A DNA stretch of 64,000 nucleotides from Histomonas meleagridis 2922-C6/04-290x (lineage: Eukaryota; Protista; Parabasalia), in assembly GCA_020184695.1 (NCBI GenBank), contig JAANOX010000042.1, positions 124,001-188,000 on the forward strand, given 5' to 3'. The notes under the pieces were generated by a model. That model saw only the letters and a list, made by a program, of their open reading frames with translations, did not search any database and was not told the DNA's origin. This document shows, in pieces, positions 43,845 through 54,248 of the stretch. The stretch's first letter is position 1. Every line of letters starts with the position of its first letter. A program made the translations under genes and the position numbers.

Positions 43845-44714
43845 ATGGAAAAGCAATTTGAAGAGAATCCAATAAAGGAACAAAAAATCGAAGATGAAGC
43901 TGAAAAGAAGACTGAGAAAGAGAATGAAGATGCAGTCGAAAGCTCAGAAGACGATGATGAAATCCTTGATATTCTTCAAAATATGAGAAATTACATCGAT
44001 CAGATCATCCAAAAGAGATCAAACCGCAAGTCAAAACAGTTGCCAGCCAAGAAGCCAAAGGAAGAAACCAGTGAAGAAGATGAAGAAAAAGAATCAGAAG
44101 AAGAAAAACCATGTCCGTTCAAGAGAGGACGCTGCCACCGCAGGCGTTTCGAAAGAGAATCTTCTTCATCAAGTGACAACGAAAGGCCCTGTCCATTCAA
44201 GAGGAAGCATTTCCGTGAATCAGAATCCTCATCTGAAGAGTCCAGTGAAAGTGAACGCGAGATGCCATGCCGTAAGCACAAGATGATGAAGGGCCACCGC
44301 TGCTGCAAACGTATGGAAAAGATGCGTAAGTGCTGCATGAGAGATCATCCCTGCTTCATGAAATGTCGAATGCCACCACCTCATTCTTGGTGGATGAAGA
44401 AGCGGTTCTTTAGGACATTTGGTATGATGCCGCCGCCACCTCCGCCATGGTGCATGCGCAATCACGGAATGCCGCCACCTCCGCCATGGTGCATGAGGAA
44501 GCATCATGGAATGCCGCCACCTCCTCCATCACCACGAAGAATGAGAGGACGCTGTTGCAGGAAAGAAATGGAACACATTAAATTCGGCAAGCGCGTTTTC
44601 GATGAACCACCACCACCTCCTCCACCACCTTTCGGTGGCTACCAGCCGAATTACTACATGCAGCCAGGCTATGGAATGCAGCAGCAGCCGTACTGGCAAC
44701 CACCAATGTGGTAA
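43845..44714 (+). CDS. Low-complexity protein: acidic N-terminus, Cys/Met/Arg/His-rich middle, poly-Pro and QPYW tail
   Basis: GC-rich coding-like frame with repeated GMPPPPPWCMR motifs. Tandem TCACTT Inr-like elements lie upstream of ATG 43845. Confidence 0.75.
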   Translation: MEKQFEENPIKEQKIEDEAEKKTEKENEDAVESSEDDDEILDILQNMRNYIDQIIQKRSNRKSKQLPAKKPKEETSEEDEEKESEEEKPCPFKRGRCHRRRFERESSSSSDNERPCPFKRKHFRESESSSEESSESEREMPCRKHKMMKGHRCCKRMEKMRKCCMRDHPCFMKCRMPPPHSWWMKKRFFRTFGMMPPPPPPWCMRNHGMPPPPPWCMRKHHGMPPPPPSPRRMRGRCCRKEMEHIKFGKRVFDEPPPPPPPPFGGYQPNYYMQPGYGMQQQPYWQPPMW

Positions 44715-44719
44715 AGTGA

Positions 44720-45036
44720 AATTGGGGAGCACTAACTTCAAGTAAAAAGACCCCTGAAAATTGACTTTTTCCTTTTTAATGTGAGTTTAGGTTTAAATTA
44801 TGAACTTTTAAGGGATTATCTGCAAATAGAAAATAATGTAAAGTTACAAAGATGTTCATAACCAACAATGCTTTATCGGAAGTGTTGGCGTTTGGGCGAG
44901 CTTGCTTAAGAACTTTGAAAATGCAAGATGAGAAAGATTTTTTATTCCCTCTTTTTTTGGTCTCGCTTCTTTTCCTTTTCAGTCCCATCTTGTAATTTTT
45001 AACAGTTGAAGTTTGTTATGGCTTTTTGGCTGATAT
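44720..45036 (-). pseudogene. Histone H2B pseudogene
   Basis: ISAKKP*QTSTVK..KRKRSETKK..KSFSSCIFKVLKQARPNANTSDKALLVMNIFV (cf. [32 protein letters not shown]), in-frame stops, and a residual KLVLP (cf. RLLLP). Confidence 0.8.
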
Positions 45037-45051
45037 TTTAAAATGGCTATT

Positions 45052-45072
45052 AAGCCCCAATAACGGGGGCTT
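45052..45072. other. GC-rich hairpin AAGCCCC-AATAACG-GGGGCTT
   Basis: Perfect 7-bp stem in AT-rich intergenic DNA just upstream of the H2B relic. Confidence 0.5.
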
Positions 45073-45360
45073 CAATCAGAAAATATTTATGCCGATAAGG
45101 AAACGTTAAAACAAGTAAAATTTCCTCAAAAATAAAAATTCATCAAGAATTTCACATAGATTATGGCATTTTTACATGAAAACTTTCAAAATAGTTTTTA
45201 ATTCGTTCTAAAATATTGAAGATGTGAAACAATTTAAAAATCAGAGTTATCGTTTTTAAAGGAATATATCTACGCTAACTAAAGACGGATTTAAAAAAAA
45301 CTAGTTTAACTAAATTTAAGTAAAACAGTTTACAAACATTGTATTTACAACTTGTATTGA

Positions 45361-45963
45361 TTACTTTAAGCTTTTTTCGATGTCTCGAAAAGATATCATT
45401 GGTGGATATTTCTGTTCATTTTTAACAGACTCTGGCTTTATTGAAGATGAGTTTTTGAGGAGTTCTTCGTATTCCGTTTGAATCTTTTCCCAAGTTGGCT
45501 TTTTAGAGCGTAGATTTTCAACTGCTTGTTGAACAACCTTTATTTTCTTTTTGTATGTTTCTTGATCTAATATCAGTTTTGAGTCAAAATATGGAATTGA
45601 TTTACTTGTTATCTGTTTAGATGATTCAATTGATTCTTTATATTGTTCAATGCGATGTCGAGCAAGGTTTATTTCATTTAAAATTTGATTTCTTCTTTTT
45701 ATTGACTCTTTTTGAAGTGAATGAATTGATTTTATATTTTCAATTTCGATTTTTTCAATAAAATCTTTTATTTTCTTTCCATTTTCGAGTTTTTTGTCTT
45801 CCAATAATTCTTTTTCTTTTAAAATTTGGAATTGATTGCCAAAATATTTTACATTTAATTGTTGTATTTGATAGTTTTCACGAGCATTAGAAAGAAGGAT
45901 ATTTCCAAGTTTCGTGTTGAGTTTTGCATTACATAAAGCAAGACTCGCAGATTCTTGATCCAT
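45361..45963 (-). CDS. Hypothetical coiled-coil protein
   Basis: Lys/Glu/Gln-rich heptad-like sequence from MDQESAS, about 200 aa. Confidence 0.6.
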   Translation of the reverse strand: MDQESASLALCNAKLNTKLGNILLSNARENYQIQQLNVKYFGNQFQILKEKELLEDKKLENGKKIKDFIEKIEIENIKSIHSLQKESIKRRNQILNEINLARHRIEQYKESIESSKQITSKSIPYFDSKLILDQETYKKKIKVVQQAVENLRSKKPTWEKIQTEYEELLKNSSSIKPESVKNEQKYPPMISFRDIEKSLK

Positions 45964-46651
45964 CTGGAAGTACCTTAACGTATTTATAATCGAATCAAAA
46001 CAAACAAAACAGTGCAATGATAACACCAATAAGCTCATATATTAATCGCATTAAGGAATACTGTTGTTCAGCTTTACTTATGAAGTAACTCACAATCTGT
46101 AAAATCAAAAAGAAAATCCTTTCAATTCATCAACAATTTTAATGTTTGATTAACTTAATTATTGAATTGGATTAACTTATTTTAAAAAAACTCAAATTAA
46201 GAATCAAAGTACAGATGGATATCAATACATGATTAAAAGTTTTAATATGTAAAATTTACAAAAAAAATGATACCTGTTGATTCCATCGCCTTAGACCACC
46301 CGGCCAGGATACCATGTTGTTATCATTTTTTTCCATTTTAAATTATAGAAGAAATTGTTTGTTTAATTTTCGAAAATTAATTTGAACAGCAAAGTTTGAT
46401 TTACCGGTTTCATATATGAATTTCATTTTTATATATTAAAAACTGAAATTAATTTCATTCCAATTCACAAAAATAAGTTTAAATGCATTCCATAAATGGA
46501 ATATTTGATGAAAGAAATATAATTTTCAATTTAAATAAAATAAATAAAAAAATATTTATTCATTTAAAGATTGTTAAAGGACTTCAAAAATTTCGAAATC
46601 GGAAACAAAATTCCAATTACGAATTACACATTAAAATGTTTTAATTTTTGT

Positions 46652-47596
46652 TTAATATCCATCACCATAAAATTCAGTTCCGAACATTTTCTGGAACCAG
46701 AATATTCTTCCGTAGCAGTTTAAGTTCTTCATCTTTTGGAATTGTTCCTTCGACAATTCGAAGTCGAGTTGGAAGTTTTCGTGGATTCTTGATGGCGTCA
46801 TGCTCTTTGGCACCACGGATACCATTGGAGAGAGCTGTGTCAAGAACTTCAGTATGACTTGTGCTGGTGTCCTTCCGAGTTCTTTCGCAATTTCGTTGAC
46901 GACTGGATCTTCGAGTAAAATTTTAGGCTTTTGCTTGTCATCTTGGAATACGCCTTGCTTCACATTGCCTGGTGAGCCAAGTGGCGAATAGCATGTGAAA
47001 TGGATTCCTCGTTTTTCGAGGTATTCAATGAGTGCATCATTTTGATGGTATGGATGGCATTCGCATTGGATTGCATATGGCTGGATCTTGATTCCGGGTG
47101 TGAATCGGATCTTTTCGATAAGTTCAATTGAGACATTGCACATTCCAATATGACGTGTTAATCCTTTTTCGACGAGTTGTTCCATTGCCTTCCATGTGTC
47201 AACCATTGGAATGTCGACAATTTTGATCTTTCCTGATTCATCTTTGGGGAATAAATCATCTGGGCTATATTCAAAGCTAAGTGGTTGATGAACAAGGAAT
47301 AAGTCAAGGTAATCGAGCTGAAGATCTTTAAGTGATTTGCGGATACTTTCTTCAACATGTGCTGGATCATGATGTGTTGACCATAATTTAGATGTGACCC
47401 AAAGTTCTTCACGTTTGACAACTCCTGTGTCAATCATTTCTTTGATAGCACGACCGACTGATGCTTCGTTTTGATAAGAAAATGCACAATCGATGTGGCG
47501 ATAACCTGCCTTGATAGCTTCTTTGACTGCATTTTCTACAACTTCTGATTCTGGTACACTCCATGTTCCAAAGCCAACTTTTGGAATTTCTTGCAT
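46652..47596 (-). CDS. Aldo-keto reductase (AKR1-like)
   Basis: GFGTW, GYRHIDCAFSYQNE, TSKLW, DYLDLFLVHQP and PKSMTPSRIHENF. Catalytic D-Y-K-H are present. Confidence 0.97.
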   Translation of the reverse strand: MQEIPKVGFGTWSVPESEVVENAVKEAIKAGYRHIDCAFSYQNEASVGRAIKEMIDTGVVKREELWVTSKLWSTHHDPAHVEESIRKSLKDLQLDYLDLFLVHQPLSFEYSPDDLFPKDESGKIKIVDIPMVDTWKAMEQLVEKGLTRHIGMCNVSIELIEKIRFTPGIKIQPYAIQCECHPYHQNDALIEYLEKRGIHFTCYSPLGSPGNVKQGVFQDDKQKPKILLEDPVVNEIAKELGRTPAQVILKFLTQLSPMVSVVPKSMTPSRIHENFQLDFELSKEQFQKMKNLNCYGRIFWFQKMFGTEFYGDGY

Positions 47597-47662
47597 TAAA
47601 TAAAGTGAATTAAACTTTACGATAAATATTCAACGAAGATTCCGATATTGAAAATTTATCGG

Positions 47663-47670
47663 ATAACCGT
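47663..47670 (-). promoter_or_regulatory. ACGGTTAT M3-like motif upstream of AKR
   Basis: Located 66 nt upstream of the AKR ATG on the coding strand. Confidence 0.35.
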
Positions 47671-48694
47671 TGCTAATTGGGATTTTTTATTTGAATTTTC
47701 AATATTGATATATGTAAACTATAGAAACATTTGTGGGGAAACGTTTTTCCTATTAAAAATTTGTGTAGTTTACTCTTGATTTTCCGCTGAAAATACGTTG
47801 AGATGATTTTTTCATTAATATTATTCGGGATAATTTCGATAATGCCAATAATTTGTGATGTACCAAATATAAATGGAGTAATAAGATAGACATTTATAAA
47901 GCATACTCCATTTAAACCAGCTCGTGCAAATTGATATTCATTAATTACTTGATCAAATAAGTTTCCAAAATTACCAAAAGATATAAAATATTATATATAT
48001 ATTGAATCTCCAAATTTAATTAAACTTGAAAAAAAAAATGCCAAAAATCATTAAAAAATAAACATAATGTTAATTTTGTCTTGAATTGGTTTTTTACACT
48101 GGAGAACATCGCATACAAACTCAACAAAAACGTATGAATCTAAACCTGTTTGATCAGGAAGCATTTTATAAACGTTAACAATGAAATCGTTGAGTTCTAG
48201 GTCGCATATAGCTTCATTACCTTGAAGATAACTTCATCATTGAGTCTCTAACTTTTTGAGATTCTCATCTATTTGTGCTACGTTGGTTAAATACACATTT
48301 ATTGGAATATCATATACCATTGGTTTCTGATTTCAGTAACCTTGCATGAAAAAAATATCTAATTCAAATATAAGCATATAATATCAAAATTGCATTGTTC
48401 ACTAAATCAACATAAAGGTAAGAAGATCACCGAATGCATACAATAATTTTGCACTTAAATAACTCAATGCATGGAAATTCTACTTATGATAACTTAAGTG
48501 TAATTGTATGTGATTTTTTTATCATAACGGTTTGTAATAATTTATCATCCTGAAAAATGTTGTGTTAAGTTGAATTAAAATAGAAACTAATTACTATTAA
48601 TTACCATATAATTGCATTTATATTTCAACAAAAATATTTATAAAACATACTATTAATCAAATAAACAAAAAATAGAGAATGCATCAAACTTTCG

Positions 48695-49250
48695 TTATGC
48701 AATTGGCACAATTGCTGCGGATGCAACACCACATTGGTTGTTCTTATTCTTGATCATACGAATGTAACCATTTTCACCCCATGTTGAACCCCAAGTATTT
48801 CGAATGATCCAATAATTTTTATCCTTTTCGGTACCAAATCCAACGCAACCAACGCCATGGTCAAGTACAGTAGATGAACATTTTGGTTCATCATAAATTC
48901 CACTTTTATAAAGTTGAAAACTTAAGCATGAAGCATCTATTCCACAACATACTGTTCCATGATTTGCAACCTTTGCTTCTAGATCTGTTTAATCACCTTG
49001 AGCTATATCAATATATCTTGAAATAGAGCCAACTGCTTGTAGAATCGAATTGATATGCGCCTTGATATGCGAGATATGGATAATCATCTTCAAGCATAAA
49101 CTTAGCACTTTGGTTTTTGATAACATAATCAAATGCGTATGACATTAAACCACCTTCACATCCAAGACAATTGTCAACACAATCAACTAAGTTTTGCTCT
49201 GAAAATGAAAGAAGACTTCCAGCAAAAGATAACAAACTTGGATAAGTAAT
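48695..49250 (-). pseudogene. 5'-truncated cathepsin L-like (papain C1A) cysteine protease
   Basis: LLSFSEQNLVDC..GCEGGLM, a frameshift and TAA, then GIDAS..FQLYKSGIYDEPKCSSTVLDHGVGCVGFG..YWIIRNTWGSTWGENGYIRM..NQCGVAS. Propeptide and catalytic QCGSCW are absent. Confidence 0.92.
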
Positions 49251-49318
49251 TTAAAAAAATTCCCCAAAACAAAATTTCACTTCAACTAATAAAAAACTTG
49301 ATGTGATTTGCCATTTAA

Positions 49319-52300
49319 ATGACAATTTGTATTTGTGAACTTTTAAATAGACATATTTACCAAAACGTAATGGAGCTGCTGAAAAATTTTTTTTCAGCTC
49401 AAACAGAAATTACAAGTAAAAGTTTCCCCGATTTATTTGATATCCTACAAAAATCTTTGAATGAAAATTGGAGTTCAACATTGGAAATTTTAGCTGAATA
49501 TATATGTGGTGAAAATCCATTCTTAGTAATTCGTGCATTCTCTACAAAATTAAATAGCTTTATGAAAAGTACTAACAAGGAAAATGATTTTAAAATTATT
49601 TGTTCTAAATTAATTGAAAAATATTTTTGGAAATCATCAAATCCTAACTATCAAGCTGCTAATAATTTCATTCAAATGTTTGGGAAAGAAGCATTTTTTG
49701 AATCTAAATATGAAGAATTTCTTTCTTTTATTTCATCAGGAAAAAATATATCATTATATTCTAAGCTAATAGAACCATATCTTCGGACACAACAAACTCC
49801 TGTTTCTATCAAATCAGACAAAAATTATTTTGCAAACATAGAAACCAATACATTTTCTGTATTAGGTTCTTGTATACTGGATATTGTTCCAAATGAAGAA
49901 CAATTCGAAATTATCTTTTCTTTAACAAGATCACTTTCAGATATAATTTTAACACTTTTTAACATAAATGATATTCTTAATTTATATTATGAAAAAGACA
50001 CTCCATTATTTAATATCTTAAATACCAAACTCCATAAAAATTGCTTCCATTTACTTTTATCTATAACACTTTCACGCATTCCAGAAAATGAAAAAATCAC
50101 AATTTTGATTTCAGACAAAATCATTAATTCTATGTCTAATAGTCCAACTATTGATGATCTCGTTTATGGGTATGCATCAATGGCACACCTCATAGACTCT
50201 ATAAAAGATTTCACTTTGATTTCTAAATGTATTTCTTTTCTTGTTCGAGATTTTGATTTAACGAATATAAACGTTCACAATTCAATGCTTTACTTCTATC
50301 AATCACTTGTTAAACGGTCTAAAAAAGAAAAAATTCTTAATGAGTTAGGAAAAGAACTTTATCAAGCAGTTAGACATCTTTCATGGCATTCACTTCTTAA
50401 GACATTTATTATTCCTGATATTATTTTATTTTATAAAGATTTTCCATCAATTTCGCAAGAATTAATTGAGCTATCACAAGAAACTTCTGATAATGGATTT
50501 GTATCCAAATGTATAAAATCATATTCAACTAACAATAAATTATCAATTGATTTATTAGAATCAATAATCAAATATTCTATTGATCATTTTGATAATTATA
50601 ATTTCAAAACTTTTTCATCAATATTTCAGCCATTTTTTAACTTACAACCAAAAATGATAACAAAAGCATTTGAATTATTTGGTAATATTAAAATATATTC
50701 ACTTAAAATATTTTTAACATTTGATGTACTTTCAGTTATACCTAAATTAAAATGGCCAAAAATTGATTTATATTATGATATTAAATATGGAATTCGTCAT
50801 TATAACTTTGATTTGAAATTATTATCTTTTAAAATCTTAATTAAAACAGATTTATTAAAAGATTTTGAGATTTCTAATTATATTACAAATATATTTTATT
50901 GTGATTCATCAAAACATATACAAATGATTTTAGATTTGATGAATGAATATATGAAAAATCTTAAAAATGATTCAAATTTGGAATTTGTTGATAAGATTAT
51001 AAATTTATATTTAAATGAATTTGCTTTATTAATGGCTCCTGATAATGTAACTAAAAGAAGACAATTTGGGTTTGAATTAACATTAATAATATGGAAATAT
51101 TTCCCAAGTATTTATAATGATTTCCATTTACATTCGATATATTCGTTGTTATTTGATAGTTTACCTTCTTTTTGTAATAAAGTGAAAACTATAATTACAA
51201 ATGAAATAATGAAAAAAGATCCAAAAAAAGCTGAAATATTAGTAAAATTTGGATTTAAAGAAAATGATTTCTCTAATAAAAATTGTGATGAAATATTATC
51301 TAAATATATAAATGAACTTAAACATAATAACTCATTAAATTTGGATAATTTCCGAAATTTCTTAAATGATAAAACTGTAATTTTTTCAGATGAATTTCTC
51401 TCTGAAACAATTGACACATTTTTTGATATCTTTATGGAAACTAAAGATTCAGGAATTGCATATCATAGTCAATTTATCTTCGAATCTTTATATCATAAAC
51501 TTGATCAAACCAATTCAACTTCTAAAATCGAAATCTATACAACAAAATTAATATCAATTTTGTCTGATTTTGATATGAAAAATATGCGAAGAAGTGCATC
51601 ATTACCATTTATTGCGTTATCATTATTACGATTACAAATAAATGATAAAAAAAACCAAATGAAAATTATTAACGCATTAATAACATTACTTAAAAACACA
51701 ACAAATGAAACAGAAGCAACAAATTCAATGAATGTCATTCGATTTGTTCTTAAAGATAAAATGACTTCGTTATATGAACAAATATTTTTGCCCGAAATAT
51801 TCGAAGTTATATTCGAATTATCATATAAATTCCATAATTGGGATTTCATATGTGCTTCAAATCTTTGTTTTGCAACTATATTTCAAAAATTAATAAAACA
51901 TAATGAAAACACTTTAAATTTATCACAATTCTTCCAACAGTTTATTCATTCTAAAGATATCATATTAAACGCATTAAAATCAAATTGTTATCATTCGATA
52001 TATTATTCGTTAACTGTAATTTCTTTGTTCGATAGTATAAAAGGTGAAAAAGATTTGTTCGAAATATTATTGAAACATGTTAATAATAAAAGTTCAAGAA
52101 TTAGAAGACTTGTAGCGAAGTCTATTGTTAATGTTATACCTAAAACAGAATATAAAATTTTCGTTGATCAAATTATTTATATTTTGTCGAATTCAATTTA
52201 TTTCGAAAATGAAAAATTTGAAAATTTGAAATATTTCGAATTTAATGAAATAAATGCGAATTCATTACATACATTTGTTAATGTTTTAAAGATTTTGGTT

Positions 52301-53230
52301 ATAGATAAACATATTAAAACTAAACTTCCGAAAGTTAAAATTAATTTTATTCCGCCTTTTATACTTAATGATTTAATATTAATATATAATGAATTAAATG
52401 TTCAAATTCCAAATTATAAAATTAAATGTAATTTGTTTTATTATGATCAAATCTCTTTAGTTAATTCTAATGATGAAATTGATCCAAATATTTCTAATCC
52501 AGAATTATTAGCAATTTTAAATAAAAATATAAAAATTAATAATTCACTCATCGAAATTATTAAAAATAGAATTAAGCAAAAAAATATTTCAACAATTTTA
52601 TTAAAATCATTTTCAGAAATTTTAATAAAAAATTCGGTGCAAATTGAATCAAATGTAATTTTTGATATGATTTATAAGGAATTCGCTCCTGAAATTATGG
52701 CAAATTTAATTAATCTCCTGAAATATACTGAAATAACATCAGAACAAATTTTGAAGTTTATTCCATTTTGCGAAAAACAGATTTTAAATTGGAACGAAGA
52801 AAACTTTTCAGTTCACATTTCAATTTCGAATGTTTTACATAAAATGTGCCAGTATAAACAATGTTATATAGTTTCGTTATTGTTATTAATTAGCGATATC
52901 CCAAAAGCAAGAGCAAACACAGCAAAAGCATTTTCGAGCTTATGCGATCATGACTTTTTAAATGAAATCGAGGTATTTGATATGTTGATCAAAAGATTGT
53001 CAAATGAACAATTAGATCATCTCCTTAAAATATGGCTGGATTTAATAGAAGAAAGAACAGGAAAAAACGCAAATAGAGAAATCTTGACATTTTTCGTACA
53101 TGAATTCTTCATTGTTAGGAAGGTGCTTGAAACAAAGAACATTGAGTTGAAGATGGACGAACTTATGAATGGGAATATAGTGGACGTAAGAAATTTGCTA
53201 CTTGAGAAAGTTAAACAAATTAATTATTAA
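49319..53230 (+). CDS. THADA: THADA/Trm732-like (DUF2428) HEAT protein
   Basis: MRRSASLPFIALSLL (cf. TRRSAGIPF), NSMNVIRFVLKD (cf. HALNILRALFRD), WDFICASNLCFATIF (cf. WAVRNSSTLLFSAL), and SSRIRRLVAKS. Confidence 0.8.
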   Translation: MTICICELLNRHIYQNVMELLKNFFSAQTEITSKSFPDLFDILQKSLNENWSSTLEILAEYICGENPFLVIRAFSTKLNSFMKSTNKENDFKIICSKLIEKYFWKSSNPNYQAANNFIQMFGKEAFFESKYEEFLSFISSGKNISLYSKLIEPYLRTQQTPVSIKSDKNYFANIETNTFSVLGSCILDIVPNEEQFEIIFSLTRSLSDIILTLFNINDILNLYYEKDTPLFNILNTKLHKNCFHLLLSITLSRIPENEKITILISDKIINSMSNSPTIDDLVYGYASMAHLIDSIKDFTLISKCISFLVRDFDLTNINVHNSMLYFYQSLVKRSKKEKILNELGKELYQAVRHLSWHSLLKTFIIPDIILFYKDFPSISQELIELSQETSDNGFVSKCIKSYSTNNKLSIDLLESIIKYSIDHFDNYNFKTFSSIFQPFFNLQPKMITKAFELFGNIKIYSLKIFLTFDVLSVIPKLKWPKIDLYYDIKYGIRHYNFDLKLLSFKILIKTDLLKDFEISNYITNIFYCDSSKHIQMILDLMNEYMKNLKNDSNLEFVDKIINLYLNEFALLMAPDNVTKRRQFGFELTLIIWKYFPSIYNDFHLHSIYSLLFDSLPSFCNKVKTIITNEIMKKDPKKAEILVKFGFKENDFSNKNCDEILSKYINELKHNNSLNLDNFRNFLNDKTVIFSDEFLSETIDTFFDIFMETKDSGIAYHSQFIFESLYHKLDQTNSTSKIEIYTTKLISILSDFDMKNMRRSASLPFIALSLLRLQINDKKNQMKIINALITLLKNTTNETEATNSMNVIRFVLKDKMTSLYEQIFLPEIFEVIFELSYKFHNWDFICASNLCFATIFQKLIKHNENTLNLSQFFQQFIHSKDIILNALKSNCYHSIYYSLTVISLFDSIKGEKDLFEILLKHVNNKSSRIRRLVAKSIVNVIPKTEYKIFVDQIIYILSNSIYFENEKFENLKYFEFNEINANSLHTFVNVLKILVIDKHIKTKLPKVKINFIPPFILNDLILIYNELNVQIPNYKIKCNLFYYDQISLVNSNDEIDPNISNPELLAILNKNIKINNSLIEIIKNRIKQKNISTILLKSFSEILIKNSVQIESNVIFDMIYKEFAPEIMANLINLLKYTEITSEQILKFIPFCEKQILNWNEENFSVHISISNVLHKMCQYKQCYIVSLLLLISDIPKARANTAKAFSSLCDHDFLNEIEVFDMLIKRLSNEQLDHLLKIWLDLIEERTGKNANREILTFFVHEFFIVRKVLETKNIELKMDELMNGNIVDVRNLLLEKVKQINY

Positions 53231-53590
53231 ATAGATATACAATAACTAATTCTATTTTTTTTTAAATCAAATTGTCGTTTACTAAATAAAATTATGGATA
53301 CACATTTAGCATGTATATCCTAAAAAGAATTAATTGGTCAAATTTGAAATCTTTCATATGATTATTGAAATGATGTTTTAAATATTTTTCTGGAGCTTGC
53401 TTTTATGAACATTTCCTTATCCATATTCATAACAAATTATATACACAAAAACAGACAAAGAAAACGAACAAAAGTGCCCTATGATGGCTATTAGTCCTAT
53501 TCTCAAAACAGTAAAAAAAAATCTTTTAAAGCAATTTTGGTTCGTTTGAATAAGGAGATATTTATAAAAAGCTTAACTTTTGCTCTTTAA

Positions 53591-54079
53591 TTACTTATTG
53601 ATATTCATCTTGATTCCAAATCGTTTATCAGCAGCATTTTCTTCTGCAAGACGAGAAAGTGCTAACTCAGACTGTGTTTCAAATATCAGTCCGCCGTTGA
53701 TTAAAGAATCCAATGCTTGCAAAGCTTTATCTGGGTTAAAAGCAAGTTGTACTTCTGAAACATCTTTAAAGCATCCATTCAAAACTTCAACAAATGTATG
53801 GATGATATCAAGAATAGCCAAAGGATTTTCACATTCATCAACAACAGTAATTACGAACAAAGCAGCGTAAGCTCTGTATACAACTGATACATTTCTTTGG
53901 AATGGGTAACTTGTTATTCCATCACCAGGGACAATGTTACAAAGATTTGATGCACGTGTTGATATCATTCTAAAAACTTCATGTGCCAAACGGTTACGGG
54001 TTTCTTGGCTCATTTCAACATAAGCTCTAGAAAGCCTTATATCACCATTTTCATTTATTACAAAGAAAGCGTAGATCAT
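53591..54079 (-). CDS. AP3S: Adaptor protein complex small (sigma) subunit, AP-3 sigma-like
   Basis: MIYAFFVINENGDIRLSRAY, CNIV, VVYRAYAALF, ILDIIHTFVEVLNGCFKDVSEVQLAF and GGLIFET. The CN motif and insertion pattern resemble sigma-3. Confidence 0.8.
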   Translation of the reverse strand: MIYAFFVINENGDIRLSRAYVEMSQETRNRLAHEVFRMISTRASNLCNIVPGDGITSYPFQRNVSVVYRAYAALFVITVVDECENPLAILDIIHTFVEVLNGCFKDVSEVQLAFNPDKALQALDSLINGGLIFETQSELALSRLAEENAADKRFGIKMNINK

Positions 54080-54248
54080 TGCTTGTGCCACTTTTTGACA
54101 AAAGACAACGATCGTTTACTAAAAGCGATAATGGATAATATGACCGTTAAAATGGCAGCTGCAACAATCAATATTCATTTCACTGTTTTTCAAATCCTCT
54201 CAAAAAGTAAAAGAAATAAGCGTTTTATTTTGAAAAGTGGCTTCAAAA

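Noticed and set aside
47800-48330. Possible BspA/LRR fragment on the minus strand (VINEYQFARAGLNGVCFINVYLITPFIF)
   Set aside because: Only one weak repeat-like segment amid stops; cannot be supported without a search.
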